The notes under the pieces are model-generated. The model worked only from the letters and a program-made list of their open reading frames with translations, searched no databases and was not told where the DNA came from. A DNA stretch of 64,000 nucleotides from Schizochytrium sp. TIO01 (lineage: Eukaryota; Protista; Bigyra: Labyrinthulomycetes), in NCBI GenBank assembly GCA_004764695.1, contig SMSO01000014.1, positions 7,346,125 to 7,410,124 of the forward strand, in the 5' to 3' direction. Below, piece after piece: positions 36,529 to 46,981 of the stretch (position 1 is the first letter of the stretch; each line of letters begins with the position of its first letter). A program made the position numbers and the translations under genes.

Positions 36529-37799
36529 TACCAAAACGACCAAAAGCACTTGAATCTATCAAGTACATTCAACAAGACAACCCTAGTCATAATACTAACT
36601 AACTACTATCATCTAAGACATTTCCCCCAATACCTCTAAGTAATCATAACCAGTCTCATTACAAGGGTTCTGGTTATATCATGGCCCAGGACCCTCCGAT
36701 TGGTAATCTTAGCATTGTGTAAACAAGTAACCCGTTGTTTTTAACGGTTCGGCTAGTAGGAACTTCTTTTTTAGACTTTTCAATGTCACCCAAGAACTCG
36801 TCAACGTTTTTATATCCTTCATATTTGAAGTTTGCCCCAAATATGCTATTTGTTTTAACTTAAAAAACAAAAAAACAAAAAAGCAAAAAAACTATATTCA
36901 TAATACTTGGGAAAGAAGTCTGAAGTCTCCAGCAACAAAAGAAAAAATCCAGCTAGCGTGAGGGATCCATAGATGCTCGACTTGCCGCTCTTGTGAGCAA
37001 TGAGACACCCATGCAAAATAAGTTCACAGTAAACGTCTTCCTCGTTTAGCAATGAAGATTGCTCAAGAAAAAGAATTATAAGCTTTCTTTGCTGTTTGAT
37101 CTTCGTGTTGTCCTGCCGCTTCGATTATGGCGATAATTGAAACTTCGAACCATCCTTTTCTGTTTAAATTCAATTTGTATCTGACTTTATAGACTATCAT
37201 TACTCTCTAAAATGTAAGTTTTGTTAGTCTGTAGGACACAGTGGCGCTCCAAACATGCGTGTTTGTCCAAGGATACGACGCGACCGGATTTGATTTTATG
37301 TCTTACTGTATTCAATTAAACAAACAAACAAACAAACAGAGTATTTTTTCACTCTCAAGTTTTTGGAGGAGATTAAAAAGTGTCTCAAAAACGATGGTTG
37401 AATCTCCTCACACACACTCAATTCTCTTGCGATCAGCTTCTCTAGTGTGACTTTTTCTTTGGAGGGGGGGGACTATGCGTGTAGGTCTTCTGACAACGAA
37501 GTCTAGTAGAGTTTGCTTATATGTTGGTGTGGATTATTCTGGCAACGTTCAACAACAATCACTGATCACACTCTAGACGGGACCAAGTTGGTCTTGAGGT
37601 GACCGTTTCAAGTAGAATTAAAAGCTGACGGTCATTCTGTACTATGCTTCGCAAGCTCGAAAGTCGTCACAAAGGAGGTCCTCGAGAGCCGCAGTAGTCT
37701 CACTTTCCCCCGTTTGCTCTGTACCCTTGACGACAGACAATCCAAATTGCGCAAGAAAGATCAACAACAACAATAATAATAATGACAATAATTAACTTT

Positions 37800-39800
37800 T
37801 TCAGGGCTCTAAATGCTCGCAAAATGAGTTTGCCGCCAGCGCGTCTTTAGCGAGAGTCCCACGATCAAAACGAACTATGTATCTCTCTTGAGCACTCGAT
37901 GAATCGCTTCTCAAGGTATATGGTCACATTCATTTAGGTTTTCGCTTCTCACTATGACTCTAAAATCAGCAAACAACCTCTGTTTACTTTTCTCGACATG
38001 TGAACATGGGTGGACTGCGTGTAATAACAGTAGAAACATAACCTTTCACTATTTTTAGAGACGAGCTCGAGTCACACTTTGATCAAATAAACTGCTACAC
38101 GCCAGCAAACCTTTCTTCATTGCCTTTGGTCATTCTTGAGTGAACCTAAACAGCTGCATAGAACTTACTGAATAGGAAAATAGAGAAGAATTAGGACATG
38201 TTTTGTAAGTCTAGAAAAAGTATCTTTATGACCAAAGCATTGGCAACCATTGTTATGTATATGCAACATCACAAGGTCAAGATCGCACCGACATGAAAAC
38301 GCGCCCGGGAATGAAGGAAGCACAGGAAACTCTTAGAGGTTATTCTTTATGTTTCTAATCGAAAGATCTTGTTCAAAAGAGGCTGTCAGAGTCTTTGTTA
38401 CGCTAACGTATTAGAGATTGTATATGATTAAAACCTTGACTATCAGATACAAAGGTGCGAGGTTAAGGGGATTCAAGAGTTGAAAGTGCCTTAAAGAACC
38501 AAGTAAACATGTAAGGGCAAAACCTGAGTTGGTGGTTGGGAAAACAAGTTACCCTAGCCCCCTTCTAATATAAAGAAATTCTGCCTTAGTCTCTGAACTA
38601 GATCACGAATCAGTATACCAAAAAAAATAATAAGAAAAGGTATTGCGTTAGGGTCAACAGATCGCTGACTTTACTGTGATATATCATAAAAAGGCGTGAA
38701 TAATGCTCCCTCGTCAAACTCAGTCCCCTATATTGATTATCTTCCAAAATTCTTTGATTGATGGGGTATCATTGTCCTGGGCCCCCTAGGTTATTTCCAC
38801 AAGTTGCTCAATATAGATCCTCCTCCTTTATCTGCGCTTGATTCTCAATCAACCAGGGTTCACGACAGGATAATCGAATTAGCAAAGTCCATTCATGTCC
38901 TTGCCCTCTAGGATATTCTATACAAATTACCTTGTAAATTTATTCACGCTACATTTCGTTGTTTTTTTTAACAAACAGGAGAAAGACATTATTACAATTC
39001 TTTTACTTTTTTATGAGAAGAAAACTTTAAAGAAAACCTTTTTTAGCGAAACTCCATCTTGGCAAAAAGGTTTTCTCTTATCGTGGACTCTATTGTCTCA
39101 ATAAGAGAGTAACACACCTCAAATAAAAAAGGGAAACGCTTCACAAGGTCCACAAGGTCCACAAGGTCCACAAGCACAGTACACCTAAATCACTCAATTC
39201 ATCCCTATTACCCTAAACAGTCACATGAACTTAGTTTACTCCAAGAGCTGCGACTACCATTCCCCACGCACGCATTATCTCTGTTTACTTCTGGACAAAA
39301 CTCCCCTCAAGGGCTCCTTCATACCTGTACCTGATCCTTCAATCAACCACGACTCGCAACATTCCTGGAATTTTAATTTGGGGAGTCGGCACTTGTTCAA
39401 GCAGGAGCTATTGTAAATATTGGTTTACAAAAAGGACGAAACTCATGATCATTAATCTATATCTAGAACAACCTTGACCTTATACATGCGTTATTTCACA
39501 GCATTCTTTTCGAAACTCTTTCCGTTGACTTCAAAATAAAATCGAGCAGATTATTTTTTACAGCAACTCAAAGCGAAATGAAGCCTATGCAGACCCGTGT
39601 TGTGACGAATATTGAGCTAAATCAACCTATTCATCCCCTAGCTTTTAAATAAAAGTATGTTTACTGGCTTACTCCAAACAGGGCTCTCACTTAGCATTTT
39701 GGGATGAAATTTATATAGAAACCAGGACTACAAATATGGGTGAGTGGCCATACTTCACACATTTTAACTATACTTTATACAGTTAAGGTCGCACCCAGTC
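37800..39800 (-). pseudogene. Highly decayed Ty1/Copia-like pol remnant (boundaries approximate)
   Basis: Frameshifted residual motifs in Copia order on the minus strand: a PQN..ER-like segment (~39700), KEEIYIEQ (~38810), VDP..Y (~38655), P.DVAY (~38270) and an AV.W.K-like segment (~38090). Confidence 0.4.
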
Positions 39801-40688
39801 TTTTCACTGAGATAACAGTTTTCACTCAACGCCAGGTCTTTACAAAATTAGCAAGGGGAATGAATGCATGGGCTAGCTTTCGCAGCACGAAAAGTGAGTC
39901 TCTTGTGGTGTTGGTTGTGGAAGATTATCAAAAAGCGTATCGTATGACCATTCGTTGATGTCTATTACAATCTCCCTCCTTTATATGGATTCTCTCCCGA
40001 ACGAACACCCATAGTGTATCTCAAATATTAGCAGCCTCAGTGTTACTTATCTTTCATTGAAATTCAATTCTACAACGCCTCAAATTTGTCTTTCAGACCT
40101 GCATTCAATCAGTAACCTCCCAACTTTGGCCATAATCAAACCTGTATTGATATTTTCATCACCCTTACTCTTAACAATTCTTGTTCATGAATTTTCTTCC
40201 TCTGGACGATTCGTACGTCGGTTGTGTCGAAAACGAAGCAGGATTAGTCAGTGAAACGGAAAGAGACGATGCGTGTAATCGCACCTCTTTGAGAAAACTA
40301 AGCTCAGCTAAGTAAATCAAGAAAATTATACGCAGGCAAAGAAGTTAGCGCCTGACCTCGCGGTAGTATCGCTGATGATTTTAGGTATCATACGAATTGG
40401 TCTTATTGATATGAGGCCAATAGCAGAGCACTTCTATGTACAGATCTGCGATTCTCTTGTTGGTGCACTAACATGAAGTCTTTTTCTTTTAACTTGGAGA
40501 GATTTTCTTCTTTCAAGAAACTAGTCAAGAGGGATTTCTTAAACTCGAAAGGCGCGAAAAAAATTCCCAAAGTTTTTTTTAGTATGAGAGGGAAAGCCAG
40601 ATACGATCATCAGGCAATTTTAAATATTGCAATAGCCTAATAATATAATCCAGATCAGTGACGGCTGCATCCGGCTCATTGTCTTCTA

Positions 40689-41633
40689 CTAAAGAAGGCA
40701 AGAAGGCAGTGTATGCGCAGTAAAGGCCCTGCTTGCCGTGGTCGAGTCGGGCAGGTCTGCTTCATAGACGTACTTATGCTGGTCAGTGTCGAGGTAATAG
40801 TCCTTATTAAGGATAGCTTTGGTCGTAGGGTCCGACTTGACCTGGACATAAGTCAGCGCAGGGCTGTCCTTATTCTGCGGGATGCACGAAATATTCCCCT
40901 TCTTTGGATCGTAGGTATTGAGCCACACGTAATTCGAAGTGTTGTCCACTGTGCGGTAGACATTAATGTATGTTCGCAGCGGCACATTTGAGGGCCCATT
41001 ATCCACTGTGGTGTACATGACCATTTCCTGGTAAGCTACATTACCCAGCAGCGGCTCTCTTGCGAGTTCTCCGAGCTGTGCACACCGAGAAACCGCAACG
41101 GCGTTGCGAAAGCCTGTGAAGAGGCAAGTACTGCCTCGCTGGCTGTGCCTCTTGAAGTTAATGCTCCTTCGGCGACTGCGAATGCGTACCTTGCCATTGG
41201 CCACGGGAGGAATTCCACCAATGAATCGCCAATCTACGCATGTTCGAAAACCTCCAGGTAGTTCTCCACGCCGAATGATCGTCTCAGGCCTCCAGGCAGC
41301 AGCATCCTGGTTGAAAGCGGCCAGCGTGAGTAAGTCCTTGCCGTCTGTAAGCGGGTAGTGGTAGTGTGTTCCATGCAAGTTGAGATTGTCCCAGTTCAAC
41401 TGCGCCTTCGCTGCTTCCGGTCTACGATCAGGGGAGTAGCCCAGGCGATACTTTATAGCATTACTGGTAGCCTTAGGGTCTGAAGGAATGGTAAAGTAGC
41501 CCGTGGTGGCGGAACAGAACATGGGCATGCTCCAGGTGCCATTAATAAGCGATTTCTCGCCGCCTAGGACATGTTTTACTTTGCTAAGTCGGTCCACTGC
41601 ATTCTTCAGCGTTGTCGCAGTATCACACGTCAT
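40689..41633 (-). CDS. Hypothetical protein (possibly frameshifted at the 3' end)
   Basis: 314-aa ATG-initiated ORF with an A-rich leader. No recognisable motif. An alternative frame continues past the stop to ~40580. Confidence 0.6.
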   Translation of the reverse strand: MTCDTATTLKNAVDRLSKVKHVLGGEKSLINGTWSMPMFCSATTGYFTIPSDPKATSNAIKYRLGYSPDRRPEAAKAQLNWDNLNLHGTHYHYPLTDGKDLLTLAAFNQDAAAWRPETIIRRGELPGGFRTCVDWRFIGGIPPVANGKVRIRSRRRSINFKRHSQRGSTCLFTGFRNAVAVSRCAQLGELAREPLLGNVAYQEMVMYTTVDNGPSNVPLRTYINVYRTVDNTSNYVWLNTYDPKKGNISCIPQNKDSPALTYVQVKSDPTTKAILNKDYYLDTDQHKYVYEADLPDSTTASRAFTAHTLPSCLL

Positions 41634-41958
41634 CTTGCCGTGTGCTTTTTTGTACTTGTTTTTGTTGGTTTATTACTATTCTTTTCTTATTCTTTCTCAC
41701 ACCAGAGATAAAAAAGATAGTTTACGAAGGAGATTTCGTTTTTTGCACCTTTACAGTTTTGTATATTTTTGTTTGTCTTTGTTTTTTGTTTTTACAATTC
41801 TACCTTTCACCCCTTTTCTTATAAAGGGTTCGTTCTTATCTATGGATGGTATATTATTTTATTTTGCAAGTGTAAGTTTTCTTCTTTTTGTTTTACTTTG
41901 TTTTGATTGTTTTGAAATCGCTAGTCTAAACCCCAACCCTCCCAAAAAACAGCAAAAA

Positions 41959-43569
41959 CTAATGAACTCCTGTGTACTGCTTTGCAGCTGCGTCAGCCAC
42001 AACGTGAACATCGCCAAGGATCAAGGTAGTGGATAGTGCAATGCCGATGATTCCCAGGCAACCAATGAGGGTACCAATAAGGATGCAAGCAAGCAAGAGG
42101 TGGCGCGGATCTTGGAGCTTCTTGGGAACCACCTTGATAAGCACCACAATAAGAGGCACGACAAGGAAGATCGTCACAATGAGAGGAACGAAGCTAAGTG
42201 CATTCAATCTCTCTGTATAGCTGCGGTTATCAGTTCCGCTATCATCAATTGAGGTCGAGGTGTCTCCCGTTTCAGGGATGGATGCAGTCGGCGTGGTGAA
42301 GTCCGTGCGCACTAGAACCTCCAGATCGTCGTTGTCTGTAGGGTAATACTCAGGGCAAACATCAAGCAGAGCACAGAGCCCCGACTCATCGAGCTGCGCA
42401 AAGTTACAGAGGGTGTTCTCCAGGCAAGCATTTGCGCAGGCCTGCATTGTTTTCGCTCCTGAAACCACAACGATGCTGTTTGTGTAACCCCTGTTCTCAC
42501 AGAAGTGGCCAATGACTGCATTGAAACCTTTATAATCGCTTGCAGAAACGTTAGGCGCCGCGCCACGAGGAACGGGGCGCACGGTAATGAGATCGCAGGG
42601 CCCGCGCTGCGTCGGAGAGTAGGTCCCTGTGCAAACGCGGCACTCTTCTGTCTGTGCATTCCACGTTGCGTGCGAGCAATCGCCTGTGCACTTCTTCGCG
42701 CAATTGATAAGACTGTTTTGCTTGCTTGTAGTACCTCCCGAGGTGCACCCTGGCCCATTGACGAGTCTGTAGCCAGAAGGAACCTTGATAAGGTTGCTGA
42801 AATCATTGATTCCCTTCATGGCTTTGGTCATGCAGACATCCTGGTAGTCCCCGTAGTACTTCTCGATGAGCTGCATGCTCGTAGACTGGGTTGCAATGGT
42901 GCTCTTACGTTGCAGCAAGGTGCTACCTGTATCGTCATTCTCTATATCGCAACTTGCATAGAAGTAGCCCTCAGTATCCTTGATATTCACGAAGTTGCAC
43001 TCACCCGTGCACTTGCTCACTGCATCCACTTGATTGGTGACGGCCTCTTTCTTCAGAAGCTTGCCTGAGGCAGACCCACAGGTAGTATAACTGTAACTCA
43101 CAAAGTCTGCTTCAGGATCTGCATTTGTTCTGGTCAAGGCGCGCGCGGCTGTATAGTTCGGCAGTAGTGGGGGCACCACAGAGGAGTCAATCGGATCACA
43201 AGGAGACCCCGCATTGCAGTGCTGGTCCTTTCCATTGCCTACGAATCCCGCTGTTTTACCTGAAGGATCGTAGTCCACCGTCTCGATGAGCCTATACTTG
43301 CTAGCACCACGCACCTCGTTTGTGTCTCCCATGAATTCGCCGCCATCTCGGGTAGCGTGATCACCTGGAAGCTGGCAAGTACCATCATAAAAGTACTTTA
43401 CTGCCATTCCACCGCCTCCCTTGCCGGTCTTGATGTTGTGATTCCAGCCCCCGAAGTCTCTTTCGAAGTTGTGCAGGCCGTGCCAGGCATGCAGCCACGG
43501 GATGCGGTACAGGAAGAAGCCTCTGTAAGTGTCTCCAGTTTGAAAGTGGAGACTCGCTACAAACACCAA
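41959..43569 (-). CDS. Membrane-anchored PAN/apple-repeat surface protein; 5' part apparently disrupted
   Basis: Three PAN-like Cys motifs (SKCTGECNFV, NCAKKCTGDCSHATW..C, ACANACLENTLCNFA..C), a S/T linker and two C-terminal TM helices. The ORF starts at TTG after a stop, and Cys-rich frameshifted sequence lies upstream. Confidence 0.7.
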   Translation of the reverse strand: MVFVASLHFQTGDTYRGFFLYRIPWLHAWHGLHNFERDFGGWNHNIKTGKGGGGMAVKYFYDGTCQLPGDHATRDGGEFMGDTNEVRGASKYRLIETVDYDPSGKTAGFVGNGKDQHCNAGSPCDPIDSSVVPPLLPNYTAARALTRTNADPEADFVSYSYTTCGSASGKLLKKEAVTNQVDAVSKCTGECNFVNIKDTEGYFYASCDIENDDTGSTLLQRKSTIATQSTSMQLIEKYYGDYQDVCMTKAMKGINDFSNLIKVPSGYRLVNGPGCTSGGTTSKQNSLINCAKKCTGDCSHATWNAQTEECRVCTGTYSPTQRGPCDLITVRPVPRGAAPNVSASDYKGFNAVIGHFCENRGYTNSIVVVSGAKTMQACANACLENTLCNFAQLDESGLCALLDVCPEYYPTDNDDLEVLVRTDFTTPTASIPETGDTSTSIDDSGTDNRSYTERLNALSFVPLIVTIFLVVPLIVVLIKVVPKKLQDPRHLLLACILIGTLIGCLGIIGIALSTTLILGDVHVVADAAAKQYTGVH

Positions 43570-44216
43570 GCCATGCGGAGGAGAGGCGGCCCGTGCTTAT
43601 ATTCAGAGAAGTCTTGAGAATTCCCGCGCATCGGGCTCTTCTGCGCCCCGCATTGCCTCAGGCGTGACTTACACTGAGCGCGTGGCCACCGCTCGAGCCG
43701 CTGCAGACGCCGCAATCACCCCTCGCACAGTGGATGCTTCTTCAATGGCTCCTCAGTCTCTATCCTTTAACCCTACAGGAGCCGTGATTCTCGCAGATGC
43801 AGTCGCACCAGCTGTAGCCGCAGAGAGGTCCCGTAATCCTGATGAACGCACTTGTAAGGTAAACAAGTCTCTCAATGCTTTGTTTCTTGCTCTGGGTATA
43901 TGTACAGTGCTAGCCGCAAGCATTGCAGGGCGTTACCTTTTCCCTAGGGATTACAACTGATCATAGTATTGTTGGTGTTGTTGTTGTTATTGATGGATAA
44001 GAAAAGGGGAAATAAATGTACAGCAAGAAGAAGGAAAAAAATAAAAACCAAAAGGTCAAAACAAAAACAAAAACACATAAATGAAAATATAAATTGCGTT
44101 TATTACTTTTAGAATAAACAACACACGCAACAGTAAAAGGGATACATACATACAGTTTTTTTCGCAACTGTGCTGCATCCTTCAAAAGTAGTAATTTACA
44201 AAAACTTCAACCCAGC

Positions 44217-45272
44217 ATGGCTGTAGGCGAAGGCTTCTTCGTAAGCGGATTCATATTTTTGGTCGCTGGAATTTCCTTATGCGGGGCTAGTGCCTCTGCA
44301 GGTTTCACAAAAACTGTCATTAATACTGCGGGAAGCAATGGTAGTTCCACTGCGACGACTGTAGCAGCAACACAGTCGGGCGGAAGTGATACGAATACTA
44401 CTGTAACTTCGAGCGGCACCAATAGCACAGTCTCTGCAACGGCAACAGCAACAGCAACAGCAACGGCAACAGCAAGCTCCTCTGCTACGAGCACCGCTGC
44501 TCCTACCGCAGCTGCTTCGCCTGATTGTGTTGCTCAGTCAAGCTCGGTTTCCATTTGTACAACTGCATGGTATCGATTGATTGACAAGACTTACTACGAT
44601 AATGGTAAGACTAACTACTATCTCGGTACCGACTCCCTCCTTAATAACAGTTATTATCCCGTGGGAACATTTCCTGCTGACCCTGATAATCCTCGAGATG
44701 ATATGCAATGGAGCTTCAAGAAAAACTCATTGAATAGCACCAACATCTTTACAATTATGAACAAAGCCAATGCAGCGATGATATATGTAACGGAAGCCTA
44801 TGAATCTGTAGAAGCGATGACCACTGCATCAACTCCCATCGAGATCAAACTGGTGAAAGCTGGACCAGGAAACGGCAGTTCAATCATAGGCACGTTTGAG
44901 CTCTATAACACTAACACAAATCACCTCATTTACCGGATCCCTGCTGCCAACAATGGTCTAGTTTCGTGCTACAACGGCAACACTCCCAAGTACTCATCGG
45001 TGAATTCACAGTACTACATCGAGCACATTTCAGGTCCTTCGAGAGCATCTGGTACTGGAACATCTGGAACATCGAAAGAGATCAACGCGCATGCAATCAC
45101 CCTTCTCGTCGTAGGTCTGCTGTTTCTGATTTCGGGCGCGAGTCTCTTTGGCGTGGGAATTAAGCACAGGCGCGCGGCGAAGCGGGAGCGCGCAGGCGGG
45201 TTACTTGCCCCTCAGGAGGGGCCGGAGCAGATCGCACAGGTGCCAACACCCGTTGGTGGGGAGGAGAATTGA
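44217..45272 (+). CDS. Membrane protein with S/T-rich stalk and probable beta-trefoil (ricin-B-like) domain
   Basis: N- and C-terminal TM helices, (AT)n/Ser-Thr linker, three beta-repeats (WYRLIDK, FTIMNK, FELYNT) with QW/QY motifs (DMQWSF, NSQYYI). Confidence 0.7.
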   Translation: MAVGEGFFVSGFIFLVAGISLCGASASAGFTKTVINTAGSNGSSTATTVAATQSGGSDTNTTVTSSGTNSTVSATATATATATATASSSATSTAAPTAAASPDCVAQSSSVSICTTAWYRLIDKTYYDNGKTNYYLGTDSLLNNSYYPVGTFPADPDNPRDDMQWSFKKNSLNSTNIFTIMNKANAAMIYVTEAYESVEAMTTASTPIEIKLVKAGPGNGSSIIGTFELYNTNTNHLIYRIPAANNGLVSCYNGNTPKYSSVNSQYYIEHISGPSRASGTGTSGTSKEINAHAITLLVVGLLFLISGASLFGVGIKHRRAAKRERAGGLLAPQEGPEQIAQVPTPVGGEEN

Positions 45273-45304
45273 TTGATTGACAATCCAGCATCCAAGGAAG
45301 GAGG

Positions 45305-46900
45305 ATGGCCAGCACCGCTGCCACTTCGACTTACGAGTCTCTGCACCAGAGGTTGCTCGAAATCGGGATGTGGCGCTCTTTGCCACCCTCCGTCGCGGCA
45401 CCCGGGACGCGCGAAAGCAGCGCACGGAAGCGAAAGCGGGCGCCCAGCCCAGCCGGAACCATCGTCTCACAGACAGTCAGTAGAGCTATTTCTTCTTCTT
45501 CTTCTTCTTCTTCTTGTTCCTCTTCCTCTCTTAAAACGAGAGACGAGGGAGAAGAACGGGAGAGTGGAACAGGTTCAACGAGAGAAAGGGAACATTCAGA
45601 ACGTGAAGAACTCCTTTCAGGGCCTGAGAATTCAGAAGATGAACTTTCGGAACATGAGGAACTCCATTCCGGGCCTGAGAATTCAGAAGATGAACATTCA
45701 GAACATTCAGAACATTCGGAATCCCTTTCTAGAGAGAATAGAGCAGACCTAACGACCGCGCAGGTAGGCAATTCGGTAGATAGTCCTATAACACAGAGGG
45801 GCGTGGAAAAAAATCAACGAAGCCGGAGGCGTCGTAGAGTGGTAGATTTAAATGCAGTATTGGCAAAAGCCATTGCGCTGCCGGCAGAAGCAGATCGTGC
45901 GTGCGCAGAGGCACAGCCGCCGCTGGTGAGGCGCTTGCACGTCGAGGTTCTTAGTGTGATATGGAGATGCCCTGATTTATGGGATCCTCTCTACGGGCTT
46001 CCCCTCCTGCGCGCTTTTGCAAAGTATGAAGGTTTCACAGAGGAAGAATTAGCCACGCTGCGCGATGAGGAGCTGAAGGCGGCGCTGGCGTGCTACGGAG
46101 ACGGCGCCACGTTTCATTGTTCGTATTCCGAGCTCGAAAAGTTTCTTCCTAAGGACCGCCACTCTCCTGAAGAGTACAGGGATTGCACTGACGCGAGGGT
46201 GTGCAAGGCGTGGATGCAAGAAGTCGATCCCGAATTGGACAATTTTGGCGCTTATCGCATTTACGCCTTTGGATACTTTTGGGAGGTGGACAGGCAGAAG
46301 AAGTTCGAGTGGCTGCGACGCCACTTCGATCCTACTCGTGCTGCATCAGGCGGTAGACGCACGAATTCGTTCGCCAGTGGATTTTGCTCTGATTTCCGCG
46401 AGACCTTTGTTAAAGTGGAGGAAACCGACCTGTGCCCACTCTGCCCCGGCGCCATCCTCTCGACTCTTTTCCGCCTCAGGCTCCTTCCGTTCGAGTTACC
46501 CCTGGGGATTATCAAATCTAAACGGAACCCAATGATAGCTTTCAAGGACAGATTTACTCCTGATGAGTCGCACGACTTGATTGAGTTGCACGGCGTCGAT
46601 TTTGTGCTCGATCGCTACGCTCAAGTTCTTGGCAATATAGCAAATTTCGATGAGAATTTGAAGAACCTCGACCTTCAACTGCTAGGAGTCTACGCTATGA
46701 TAAAAGAAAGTATTGAGCCGCACGCTTACACCCCAGAGGAAAAGAGGGGGATGCTCACTGCCCGGCTCTCTCAGCCAGACTATTTTAACTCGGTTGGTTC
46801 ACCCTTCCATGGTGTGTTCTATCATGCGTTTCTAGGTGCTCTGAAGGGCTGGTTGTTTTATAAAACAAACAAACAAACCACACAACAAAATGAAAGGTAA
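45305..46900 (+). CDS. Hypothetical protein with disordered S/E-rich N-terminus, basic NLS-like stretches, and a C-terminal domain shared with 54417-55730
   Basis: 531-aa ORF; RKRKR and RSRRRRR stretches; C-terminal similarity detailed in findings. Confidence 0.75.
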   Translation: MASTAATSTYESLHQRLLEIGMWRSLPPSVAAPGTRESSARKRKRAPSPAGTIVSQTVSRAISSSSSSSSCSSSSLKTRDEGEERESGTGSTREREHSEREELLSGPENSEDELSEHEELHSGPENSEDEHSEHSEHSESLSRENRADLTTAQVGNSVDSPITQRGVEKNQRSRRRRRVVDLNAVLAKAIALPAEADRACAEAQPPLVRRLHVEVLSVIWRCPDLWDPLYGLPLLRAFAKYEGFTEEELATLRDEELKAALACYGDGATFHCSYSELEKFLPKDRHSPEEYRDCTDARVCKAWMQEVDPELDNFGAYRIYAFGYFWEVDRQKKFEWLRRHFDPTRAASGGRRTNSFASGFCSDFRETFVKVEETDLCPLCPGAILSTLFRLRLLPFELPLGIIKSKRNPMIAFKDRFTPDESHDLIELHGVDFVLDRYAQVLGNIANFDENLKNLDLQLLGVYAMIKESIEPHAYTPEEKRGMLTARLSQPDYFNSVGSPFHGVFYHAFLGALKGWLFYKTNKQTTQQNER

Positions 46901-46981
46901 ATTGGAAAAAAAGGATATACACAGAACAGACAAAAACACACATTGCTCGCTGTTATGATTCTTTTTAAGATTCTAGTTAGA

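Noticed and set aside
40500-40700. Exact left terminus, TIR or att site of the element
   Set aside because: No terminal repeat or target duplication can be identified without the right end or an empty allele.
43664-43960. 98-aa plus-strand ORF with a hydrophobic tail
   Set aside because: GTG start and overlaps what looks like the disrupted 5' part of the minus-strand PAN gene.
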